Below, piece after piece: positions 8,470-15,707 of a stretch of DNA of 64,000 nt. The notes beneath the pieces are model-generated. The model was not told the DNA's origin, did no database searches, and saw only the letters and a program-made list of their open reading frames with translations. Made by a program: the position numbers and the translations under genes. Within the stretch, counting starts at the first letter, position 1, and each line of letters starts with the position of its first letter. The stretch is from a virus. Lineage: Duplodnaviria > Heunggongvirae > Uroviricota > Caudoviricetes. Location: IMG/VR virus record IMGVR_UViG_3300028914_000001, positions 93,489-157,488 of that record. One strand, given 5' to 3'.

Positions 8470-9807
8470 CTACTCTTCGGTGTTTCCATTCATCTTTTCG
8501 TACTCAGCAATGTACTTGAAGATACCGTCGCTGAATCCGTTGATGTGAATGAACTTACCGTATTCAATTCCGTTCTGGTACGTTGCTACGTTCACAATGT
8601 ACTTGTGCGGAATTCTGAGTACTTCCTTGCTGAAGTAGCTACCAGAAGACTGTTCGTCCGTAATGATAATCAATCGGTCGAACGGTCTGTTGTTAGCCTT
8701 GACAGCATCGTTCGTGCTTCTCTGGATGTCAGTACCACCCATAGAACGAGCACAACGGTCAGCAAGAGAGAAACCCTTCTCCGTGCAAAGATGTGCAGTA
8801 TTGTCAAAGGTGTAGACCTTCGTGAACTCGCACACTTCGTTCATGATAGCAGCGATGGAAGCTGCTGCCTGAGCACGGGTGACTTCGCCCTTGCCGGACA
8901 ACTGACAACTCATGGAACCCGACGTGTCAACCATGAAGAGAGTGTTCCCTTCAAGCTTGTCGAACGTTTCCCTGGCGGATTGAAGCATTGCTGCTTCAAG
9001 CTGCTTGGAGTATGTTCCAGCGCTGTACTTGTTGGCCGTATAGAAGTTGTACGGCATGACACCACGAACATTCATCTTCTCGATGCCATCCACGATTGCT
9101 CGTTGTGACACCTTTGCCTGCTCCATGTTGCGGAGGTTCCTCAACAGGGCAAGCGCACCGAGCCTGTTCTGGGAAAGAAGGTTCTCGAAGACTTCCTTCT
9201 TATCCTTGCCTGCGCTCAACTCAGTTTCCCAGGTAAGCGGTGTTGCAAGGCTGTCGTCCACAATCTTCTTGTAGAGAGCGTTCGTTTCGTCGTTCGGGGC
9301 CTTCGGGTGGCAAAGCATGACCGCATCCTTCAAGGAAACCGTCTTCTTCGTGCCCTTGTACTTACCGAACTGGTACTCGTCGAACTTGGCGAATGCCAAT
9401 GCGAGACCCTTCTGCAACTGCTTCGGCAACGTCTTCTTGCCTTCCGCAAGGAACATTGCAAGCAACTCGGTGATGTCATCAACACGGGTTACGGTCGAAT
9501 TGACAAGTTCCTTGGTAAGCTTGCCTTGCTGTGCAAGAACAGTCAGCATGAACAACGGGGTATGACGAAGGTGATATTCGTGTTTTACCTTGTTCAATGT
9601 TGCAATGGCGAACTCGGTGCTGACCTTGCCCATGTACTCCTTGATGCGGTCCTTGACCGACTGACCGTCCTCATAGAACGTATCCTCGTTCAAAAGACAG
9701 CTGAGCACGGTACGCTGCAGCTTCTCCTCGTAGCCAATGTGTGATGCCTTTCCACCCTCGTAAGTAGACACCGGGGTAGATACCTTTCTCTTGTTAATCG
9801 ACGCCAT
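8470..9807 (-). CDS. rsr: Ro60/TROVE-domain RNA-binding protein with C-terminal vWA
   Basis: TYEGGKA, LRHTP, AFAKFDEYQFGKY, LKDAVMLCHPK, TWETELS, ALLRNLRNM; MIDAS DTSGSM, GGT, IIITDEQ; AAGGAG RBS before MASINK. Confidence 0.93.
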   Translation of the reverse strand: MASINKRKVSTPVSTYEGGKASHIGYEEKLQRTVLSCLLNEDTFYEDGQSVKDRIKEYMGKVSTEFAIATLNKVKHEYHLRHTPLFMLTVLAQQGKLTKELVNSTVTRVDDITELLAMFLAEGKKTLPKQLQKGLALAFAKFDEYQFGKYKGTKKTVSLKDAVMLCHPKAPNDETNALYKKIVDDSLATPLTWETELSAGKDKKEVFENLLSQNRLGALALLRNLRNMEQAKVSQRAIVDGIEKMNVRGVMPYNFYTANKYSAGTYSKQLEAAMLQSARETFDKLEGNTLFMVDTSGSMSCQLSGKGEVTRAQAAASIAAIMNEVCEFTKVYTFDNTAHLCTEKGFSLADRCARSMGGTDIQRSTNDAVKANNRPFDRLIIITDEQSSGSYFSKEVLRIPHKYIVNVATYQNGIEYGKFIHINGFSDGIFKYIAEYEKMNGNTEE

Positions 9808-9853
9808 AATCATCTCCTTTGTTGATTAGGAATTGTTGATGTTGAAAAAATAT

Positions 9854-9992
9854 TGCCAGATGCCGGACTCGAACCGACAACTTCCTGCTTGGATTATCTA
9901 AGTAGCACATCCAACGCCACAGACCATATGGACTGGGAAAAAGCGAACGTGAACATTGAGGGCTGGCGCTCTACCTATTGAGCTAATCTGAC
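9854..9992 (-). ncRNA. tRNA-framed Y-like RNA 1 (139 nt)
   Basis: Acceptor GTCAGAT/ATCTGGC, D arm and TTCGAGT T arm; anticodon loop replaced by a conserved insert. Confidence 0.8.
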
Positions 9993-10002
9993 ATAAATGT
10001 AG

Positions 10003-10147
10003 TGCCGATGGAAAGATTCGAACTTTCAATAGTTTTTAGCTAAGTAACTCTCACTATCGCAGCGGTTTCCCGAGAAAAGCGCAAGAGGAACATTTCCCCT
10101 GCCAGTTATCAACCTGTGACACAGATTGACGGGGAAATAACATCGGC
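10003..10147 (-). ncRNA. tRNA-framed Y-like RNA, D arm replaced by a long hairpin (145 nt)
   Basis: Acceptor GCCGATG/CATCGGC, T arm GAAAG-TTCGAAT-CTTTC, insert with TTTTCTCGG-GAAA-CCG...TTACTTAG. Confidence 0.7.
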
Positions 10148-10160
10148 ATAAAAATTGTAG

Positions 10161-10294
10161 TACCATAGGCTGGATTTGAACCAACGACCACAAGTTCCTC
10201 ATCGAAGTAAGCCATTCAAACGTCACCTTTTCAGGGAAAAAAGACGAAAGGCGATTTCATATACTCGTGCTCTACCAGACTGAGCTACTATGGT
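10161..10294 (-). ncRNA. tRNA-framed Y-like RNA 2 (134 nt)
   Basis: Acceptor ACCATAG/CTATGGT, D arm, T arm; CGAGT/ACTTG stem enclosing the insert. Confidence 0.8.
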
Positions 10295-10301
10295 ATTTTA
10301 G

Positions 10302-10385
10302 AGGAGAGAACAGGGTTCGAACCTGCGTGTCGTTTCCGACAAAGCTTTAGCAAAGCTCCGCTTTTACCAATTCAGCCATCTCTCC
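10302..10385 (-). tRNA. tRNA-Ser(GCU)
   Basis: Class II cloverleaf. Confidence 0.9.
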
Positions 10386-10389
10386 ATAA

Positions 10390-10463
10390 TGTGCTTGGCC
10401 AGAGTCGAACTGGCGACCTACAGTTTAGGAAACTGTTGCTCTATCCAGCTGAGCTACAAGCAC
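10390..10463 (-). tRNA. tRNA-Arg(CCU)
   Basis: Cloverleaf, loop TTCCTAA. Confidence 0.92.
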
Positions 10464-10470
10464 AAGCGGA

Positions 10471-10752
10471 TTACTTCAATGTATCATCAGTGTATTCCAA
10501 CGATACCTTGTCATTGCCGAAAAAGATTTCGACAGTAACAGTGTAAACCTTTTCAGTGTTGTACCTGTCCCAAACTCGCCACAACTTGGCACCAACGGAA
10601 GCTGCGGCACCCTGGAAGATGTCGCATACGCTATTAAGGACATCCTTCTTAGGCAAGGTCGTATCTTTGCTATCGACCGTTTTAAGCAACTTCGCCATCT
10701 TGTCAGCAACGGCTGCCTTTACAGCATTAACATCATTCAATGATGCACTCAT
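10471..10752 (-). CDS. hypothetical protein inside the tRNA array
   Basis: AAAGGAG RBS before MSASLND, 93 aa. Confidence 0.75.
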   Translation of the reverse strand: MSASLNDVNAVKAAVADKMAKLLKTVDSKDTTLPKKDVLNSVCDIFQGAAASVGAKLWRVWDRYNTEKVYTVTVEIFFGNDKVSLEYTDDTLK

Positions 10753-10780
10753 ATCATCTCCTTTACTGTTTAACATTTCG

Positions 10781-10865
10781 AGCGCACGGTAAGAGTCGAA
10801 CTTACGTGGGCGTTCAGCCTAGAGGTGTTGCAGACCTCCCCCTTCGACCGCTTGGGTACGTGAGC
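10781..10865 (-). tRNA. tRNA-Cys(GCA) with long variable arm (atypical)
   Basis: Loop CTGCAAC, U73, 16-nt variable region, Tyr-like D arm. Confidence 0.8.
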
Positions 10866-10869
10866 AAAA

Positions 10870-11470
10870 ATCGCCATTCTCTTTATAACAAACCGAATGG
10901 CGAAGGCCGTGTATCCTTATATAGACACAATCATCCACGCTTATGTACACTAACATGGCCAGTTTTTCGGATTCACCGCAGGGAACAGTACCTGATTGTA
11001 ACAACGAAGACGTCTGTTATCTTGACTTAATGCACCTCTTGCAACAACATTGCTGTACCCGCCCTCATTAAGGACCTGCCTCTATTCGGAACGGCAGCTG
11101 CAATTCTTTGTCGGTACACATGGGCTTTAATACCCACATTCCTTCGTGCAATATATCCTGTTAGAAAGAACAGGAACTTGTGCATCATCTTCTTCCCTTG
11201 GCTTCCACACCTTGAATGAGAGCAGTCTGCCCTCACCGATTTGGGTTTAACTAATCGGGATGATGCATCGGGAATCACACGGATAGTAGCATGCCAGTCA
11301 CGGTGAACTATCTGCGTCCTATCCATAACTACCGCCAACTGCATTGTGGCGAAGACGGCAGTCATTTTTTAGTGATTGTGGAAAATCTTGTCGGCACCCG
11401 TTATGTGGCTTTCGCCGCAACCTTTGGCTTTTATAACGTGTCTTGCAACACATGACCATCTTTCAGTGCC
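10870..11470 (-). ncRNA. candidate large structured ncRNA (~600 nt)
   Basis: More than ten visible hairpins; no convincing CDS. Confidence 0.55.
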
Positions 11471-11477
11471 TATTTAG

Positions 11478-11550
11478 TTGGGGTAGCTGGACTCGAACCA
11501 ACGAATATGGGAATCAAAATCCCATGTCTTACCAACTTGACGATACCCCA
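11478..11550 (-). tRNA. tRNA-Gln(UUG)
   Basis: Cloverleaf. Confidence 0.92.
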
Positions 11551-11557
11551 GTAATAG

Positions 11558-11630
11558 TACCCCATCAAGGGTTCGAACCTTGGACCCGCTGATTAAGAGT
11601 CAGCTGCTCTTCCAACTGAGCTAATGAGGC
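11558..11630 (-). tRNA. tRNA-Lys(CUU)
   Basis: Cloverleaf. Confidence 0.93.
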
Positions 11631-11639
11631 GAAACTTCG

Positions 11640-11712
<73 letters not shown>

Positions 11713-11716
11713 ATAG

Positions 11717-11789
11717 AGCGGATAATGGGGTTCGAACCCACAACAACCTGCTTGGAGGGCAGGAACTCTACCAGTTGAGCTACATCCGC
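11717..11789 (-). tRNA. tRNA-Gly(UCC)
   Basis: Cloverleaf, U73. Confidence 0.92.
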
Positions 11790-12119
11790 AAAATTAGTTA
11801 ACCTTCGTGAATTCGAACCACGACACAGAACGAACCGAAGCCCGTTGTGCGCCAAACCTGGAGGCTAAGATTTGTGCACCAATCTATTGCACCATCAGCT
11901 CTTTGGGACGCTGACACCCCACCTTCATCTCGGGACGGTGCGAAACGCTATCTATTTGACACTCGCCAAGGCATAGAATTATCCTTATGTGAAGTTCACC
12001 CGCATTACCAGATACGGTTTTCGACGCCATATCCTTCCTGCCCTTTTTACTTCCAACTTTAGAGGCCGTTTGATTTGCAATGTCATCACAGTAAATAAAC
12101 GGTAAGAAAGCAAGATTCG

Positions 12120-12195
12120 TGGGCCCCCCGAGACTTGAACTCGGAAAACCTTCGGGTTATGAGTCCGCTGCTCTGACCTATTGAGCTAGAGGCCC
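12120..12195 (-). tRNA. tRNA with CAU anticodon, Ile2-like
   Basis: GGGCCTC acceptor typical of Ile2; weak anticodon stem. Confidence 0.7.
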
Positions 12196-12342
12196 AGAAA
12201 CAATTTGATTAGGATAGCACCAATGAGCAGCACGTTGTATTACTACAACTCGGTCTCACAGCTACCATTTCCCTCCCTTGGAGGAGAGCGTATTAAGCAC
12301 TCAGCATTACTACATTGAGTTCATTTATACGACTAATCTTAG

Positions 12343-12473
12343 CGCCAGCGGCAGGACTCGAACCTACGACCCCGAGCTTCCTAATGCTAAGTAACCCATT
12401 CCAAAACGCCACCCTTGCGGGAGAAAATGCGGACAGGTGTTGTACGTGCTCTAACCAACTGAGCTACGCTGGC
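12343..12473 (-). ncRNA. tRNA-framed Y-like RNA 3 (131 nt)
   Basis: Acceptor GCCAGCG/CGCTGGC, D arm, T arm; insert capped by CCC-GCAA-GGG. Confidence 0.8.
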
Positions 12474-12480
12474 AAAAAAA

Positions 12481-12575
12481 ATCCAGGTAAATGCAGAAAC
12501 CGATGTGCCCATCGCAAGGCACTATACATTAAGAGTGTACAAGGTCTATGTATCGGTTATCTATCGACACTGGAT
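12481..12575 (-). ncRNA. free Y-like RNA A (~95 nt)
   Basis: ATCCAG-TGTCG-ATA-GATAACCGAT ... ATCGGTTTCTGCA-TTTAC-CTGGAT. Confidence 0.6.
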
Positions 12576-12585
12576 GAATTTCTAG

Positions 12586-12714
12586 TACCAGGGGCAGGAC
12601 TCGAACCTACGACCACGAGCTTAACAGGCTAAGTAACCCGTTCCAAACGCCACCCTTGCGGGAGAAAAACGGACAGGTATTTTTACGTGCTCTAACCAAC
12701 TGAGCTACCCTGGA
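12586..12714 (-). ncRNA. tRNA-framed Y-like RNA 4 (129 nt)
   Basis: Near-identical insert to RNA 3, inside a tRNA frame. Confidence 0.8.
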
Positions 12715-12723
12715 GAAAAATTA

Positions 12724-12810
12724 AAGTCAGGTAAAAGACGAAAGCGCATTGCCATAGGCGAACGGATTTGCAGTCTGTTTCTAAGTAACGCTTTCAAACG
12801 ACACTGACTT
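12724..12810 (-). ncRNA. free Y-like RNA B (~87 nt)
   Basis: AAGTCAG-TGTCG-TTT-GAAAGCG-TTACTTAG ... CGCTTTCGTC-TTTTAC-CTGACTT. Confidence 0.7.
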
Positions 12811-12812
12811 AG

Positions 12813-12901
12813 TGGGTTGAATAGGAGTCGAACCTACAATGTTTACCCAGAGGGAACGGATTTACAGTCCGTTGCGAAACCACCATCCTCGCAGTCAACC
12901 C
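12813..12901 (-). tRNA. tRNA-Tyr(GUA)
   Basis: Class II cloverleaf. Confidence 0.88.
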
Positions 12902-12916
12902 AAATAAAATTGTTAC

Positions 12917-12989
12917 TGGAGCATAGGAGATTCGAACTCCTGACCCCCTGCGTGCAAAGCAGGTGCTCTACCAACTGAGCTAATACCCC
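12917..12989 (-). tRNA. tRNA-Ala(UGC)
   Basis: Cloverleaf, G3-U70. Confidence 0.94.
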
Positions 12990-13050
12990 ATAAATTGCAA
13001 AGCCAAAATTTCAATCAGCGGGCTAACAACTCGTGTCAACCACGGTCAGA

Positions 13051-13079
13051 AAGATAGAAACTAAGACATCGTTTGTCAA
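13051..13079 (-). promoter_or_regulatory. sigma70-type promoter TTGACA-N17-TATCTT
   Basis: Positioned to drive the distal half of the array, including the Y-like RNAs and rsr. Confidence 0.7.
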
Positions 13080-13113
13080 GGGTTTCTACCAAAATTTTCA
13101 AACTTTTTTTTAG

Positions 13114-13195
13114 TCGGGTACGTGAGATTCGAACCCACACTCCTCGCAGAACATCGCCCTGAACGATGCGTGTCTACCAATTCCACCAGAACCCG
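13114..13195 (-). tRNA. tRNA-Leu(CAG)
   Basis: Class II cloverleaf. Confidence 0.92.
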
Positions 13196-13201
13196 AAGTA
13201 G

Positions 13202-13276
13202 TTGCGGAGAACGGACTTGAACCGTTGACACACGGATTATGATTCCGTTGCTCTAAACCAACTGAGCTACACCGCA
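13202..13276 (-). tRNA. tRNA-Met(CAU), elongator-like
   Basis: Loop ATCATAA; lacks the fMet GGG/CCC stem. Confidence 0.8.
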
Positions 13277-13560
13277 TCGGTGATGACGCTTTTGGACTAT
13301 CAGTCTACGGTCTTTCATAGCAGGTACGTCATCGTGGGCAACCTCAAACTTCTCCAGTTGTAGTCGTTTGCCACCTCGGGTTCGTAAGCACCTCGCATGC
13401 TTCAACCCGTCATTAGCTCTTTTACGAGAAGAACGCTAATGGCCTTTTAAATGGCGGCGTTTTAGCCTGTCACCGAGCAGGGGCCACGTTTCCCGTCCAT
13501 CCCATGCCCGTCTCGGCATGATTGACTCAAATTGACGGGACCCGCCTTGCAAGCACAACA
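13277..13560 (-). ncRNA. candidate structured ncRNA (~280 nt)
   Basis: Nested hairpins: CCCGTC/GACGGG, CATTAGC/GCTAATG, CGGGTT/AACCCG, GATGACG/CGTCATC. Confidence 0.5.
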
Positions 13561-13578
13561 AAATCATAGAATAGTTAG

Positions 13579-13649
13579 TCCGCCAGTCGAGACTCGAACT
13601 CGAACTAAGGGAATCACAATCCCTTGTGCTACCGTTACACCACTGAGGG
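13579..13649 (-). tRNA. tRNA-His(GUG), degenerate acceptor stem
   Basis: Loop TTGTGAT; C-C mismatch in acceptor, A73. Confidence 0.65.
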
Positions 13650-13654
13650 GGTAG

Positions 13655-13729
13655 TACTCCCAATAGGATTCGAACCTATGACCCCTTGCTTGTAAGGCAA
13701 GCGCTCTGAACCAACTGAGCTATGGAAGT
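13655..13729 (-). tRNA. tRNA-Val(UAC)
   Basis: Cloverleaf. Confidence 0.92.
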
Positions 13730-13737
13730 AAATTTAG

Positions 13738-13820
13738 CGCAACCAGCGAGACTTGAACTCGCACGCCCATAGGGCACCAGCGTGACAGGCTGGCCTGGCT
13801 ACCAATTTCAGCATGGCTGC
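13738..13820 (-). tRNA. tRNA-Asp(GUC) with long variable arm (atypical)
   Basis: Loop CTGTCAC, G73, variable hairpin GCCC-TAT-GGGC, Leu-type D arm. Confidence 0.8.
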
Positions 13821-13827
13821 ATACATA

Positions 13828-13901
13828 TAGCTCCAACGGGACTCGAACCCGTATTACCGCCTTGAGAGGGCGACGAACTAGGCCAGTTATTCGATAGAGC
13901 C
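13828..13901 (-). tRNA. tRNA-Glu(CUC)
   Basis: Cloverleaf. Confidence 0.9.
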
Positions 13902-13907
13902 AAAATA

Positions 13908-14092
13908 CAATGGATAGGTGAATATGCGGAGTATCACCGTGACAGCTTCCCCGTACCGATGCGAAATCTGCTTATAACCTAAAACAAACCGTTTCGCTTT
14001 TACGCCTATCTTGTCGGCACGTATATCTGTCGTAGCTGGCATGTAGGTTGTTCCTTCAGGCAACCAGCCCGCTGAACAGAGTTCTATCCAAT
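13908..14092 (-). ncRNA. candidate rod-like ncRNA (~185 nt)
   Basis: TGGATAG/CTATCCA closing stem with stacked helices GACAG/CTGTC, GTGCCGA/TCGGTAC, GCGAAA/TTTCGC. Confidence 0.5.
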
Positions 14093-14097
14093 GTTAG

Positions 14098-14174
14098 TGA
14101 CACTAGCAGGACTCGAACCTGCGACCTTCTCGTTCGTAGCGAGACGCTCTAAATTCCGACTGAGCTATAATGCC
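14098..14174 (-). tRNA. tRNA-Arg(ACG)
   Basis: Cloverleaf. Confidence 0.92.
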
Positions 14175-14183
14175 ATAAAAGTA

Positions 14184-14256
14184 AGCGTCATGTCGGACTC
14201 GAACCGACGACCTTCTCCATGGCAAGGAGACGCTCTACCAACTGAGCTAATGACGC
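14184..14256 (-). tRNA. tRNA-Gly(GCC)
   Basis: Cloverleaf, U73. Confidence 0.93.
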
Positions 14257-14264
14257 AGTAAAAG

Positions 14265-14357
14265 AAGCGAGGGTGGGATTCGAACCCACGGATGACAGGG
14301 CCACTGCCACCGACGGTTTTCAAGACCGCTGCAATAAGCCAGCTCTACCACCTCGCC
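14265..14357 (-). tRNA. tRNA-Ser(UGA)
   Basis: Class II cloverleaf, long variable arm. Confidence 0.9.
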
Positions 14358-14365
14358 ATATTTAG

Positions 14366-14439
14366 TCGGAATGGCAGGATTTGGACCTACGACCTCTTGC
14401 TCCCGAAGCAAGCGCTCTACCAGACTGAGCTATATTCCG
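14366..14439 (-). tRNA. tRNA-Pro(CGG)
   Basis: Cloverleaf; T loop variant TCCAAAT. Confidence 0.88.
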
Positions 14440-14440
14440 A

Positions 14441-14728
14441 AATTTATTTAAACACAAACTTACAGGCGTCCTAATTTCAAGGACGGATTAAGGAGCACAC
14501 TTGGTGGTTAACCCAAAGTTTATCTCCCCCATTCTTATTTCAAATGGTCTCACGTGGCATATTTTAGTAGAGCCAATACTACACCTCTGCGACCATCATT
14601 CTGGTATTCATCTAATTCGCAGAGACAGATTCCTCATCCCTGAGTTTTCCCCATCAGGGTTAGCCCGTTAGCATGAAATCAAGAACGATGCAACACGGGT
14701 TCTACTCATTTGTGTTTAAACAAAGTTT
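14441..14728 (-). ncRNA. candidate structured ncRNA closed by a terminal inverted repeat (~290 nt)
   Basis: TTTAAACACAAA/TTTGTGTTTAAA ends; internal CCCTGA/TCAGGG, CTCTGCGA/TCGCAGAG, CGTCCT/AGGACG. Confidence 0.5.
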
Positions 14729-15045
14729 GATGAATTCGAGGAGCTGCGGGGGTTACGGCATCCTTTCCGCTTGTCGCCGAGGCCATCGGTTTGTCATCTA
14801 TGTTGCGAACGGGCTCACCTACTAGCCCTTACATAGACCGAAGATGGTTATCGTTACCATTTAATAGCAGGCTTCATCACGCCTCCCGTCCATCGATATC
14901 CGAACGAAACGGGTCTGGCCCTCAATGACGGACATTTAGCCAGATGTTTTCTAACTCCGACAGTAAGACTCGAACTTACGACCTGAGCTTTAGGTGACTA
15001 CTTATGGCTACTGAGTGAACCATATTACACCTATAATTTAATTAG

Positions 15046-15118
15046 CTCCGATGGAGAGACTCGAACTCCCGACCAGCTCATTACGAATGAGCTGCTCTAC
15101 CAACTGAGCTACAACGGA
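15046..15118 (-). tRNA. tRNA-Thr(CGU)
   Basis: Cloverleaf, loop TTCGTAA. Confidence 0.88.
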
Positions 15119-15124
15119 ATGTAG

Positions 15125-15198
15125 TAGCGCCAACGGGACTCGAACCCGTATTGCCGCCTTGAAAGGGCGATGAACTAGGCCAGTTATTCGATAGCGCC
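15125..15198 (-). tRNA. tRNA-Glu(UUC)
   Basis: Cloverleaf, near copy of Glu(CUC). Confidence 0.9.
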
Positions 15199-15208
15199 AA
15201 AAATATAG

Positions 15209-15282
15209 TCCGCAACCCTGGACTCGAACCAGGAACCTCCACCTTATCAGAGTGGCTATCTAACCAGTTGCTATAGCTGCGG
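15209..15282 (-). tRNA. tRNA-Ile(GAU)
   Basis: Cloverleaf, loop CTGATAA. Confidence 0.88.
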
Positions 15283-15369
15283 ATAAAAACAATAGGTGGG
15301 TGGTTTATAACCACCAAAATCCCACCCCGTGGGCACCTACTTTGTTTCACCTATTGTTTAATACTTTCG

Positions 15370-15443
15370 TGCCAGCTTCTGGAGTCGAACCAGACTACTC
15401 GGATTTTCAGTCCGGCCCAATCACCGGGTTTGGGTTAGCTGGC
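15370..15443 (-). tRNA. tRNA-Phe(GAA)
   Basis: Cloverleaf, loop CTGAAAA. Confidence 0.85.
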
Positions 15444-15539
15444 AAAATGATTGACCAAGAATCACGAAGGAGTCCAACCTTCCACATGGACTGAGCCATC
15501 GCCAGCGGGAACATTGAGACCCTTGGCCAATCGAGTTAG

Positions 15540-15613
15540 TAGCGGGGGCAGGACTCGAACACTGCGACCTTTGGGTTATGAGCCCAACAAGCTACCAACT
15601 GCTCCACCCCGCA
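15540..15613 (-). tRNA. initiator tRNA-fMet(CAU)
   Basis: 1:72 mismatch, GGG/CCC anticodon stem; one extra base in the T stem. Confidence 0.85.
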
Positions 15614-15626
15614 AATTTCTTCATAG

Positions 15627-15699
15627 TTGCCGTTGAGCGGTTCGAACGCCCGAATACAGGAGTCAGAGTCCTGTGCCTTACCAGCTTGGCGAAACGGCA
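15627..15699 (-). tRNA. tRNA-Gln(CUG)
   Basis: Cloverleaf, loop CTCTGAC. Confidence 0.92.
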
Positions 15700-15707
15700 A
15701 TAAATAG

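Noticed and set aside
13300-13380. tmRNA tag (GCA AAC GAC TAC AAC = ANDYN...)
   Set aside because: The frame continues WRSLRLPTMTYLL without an Ala-rich end, and no tRNA-like ends flank it.
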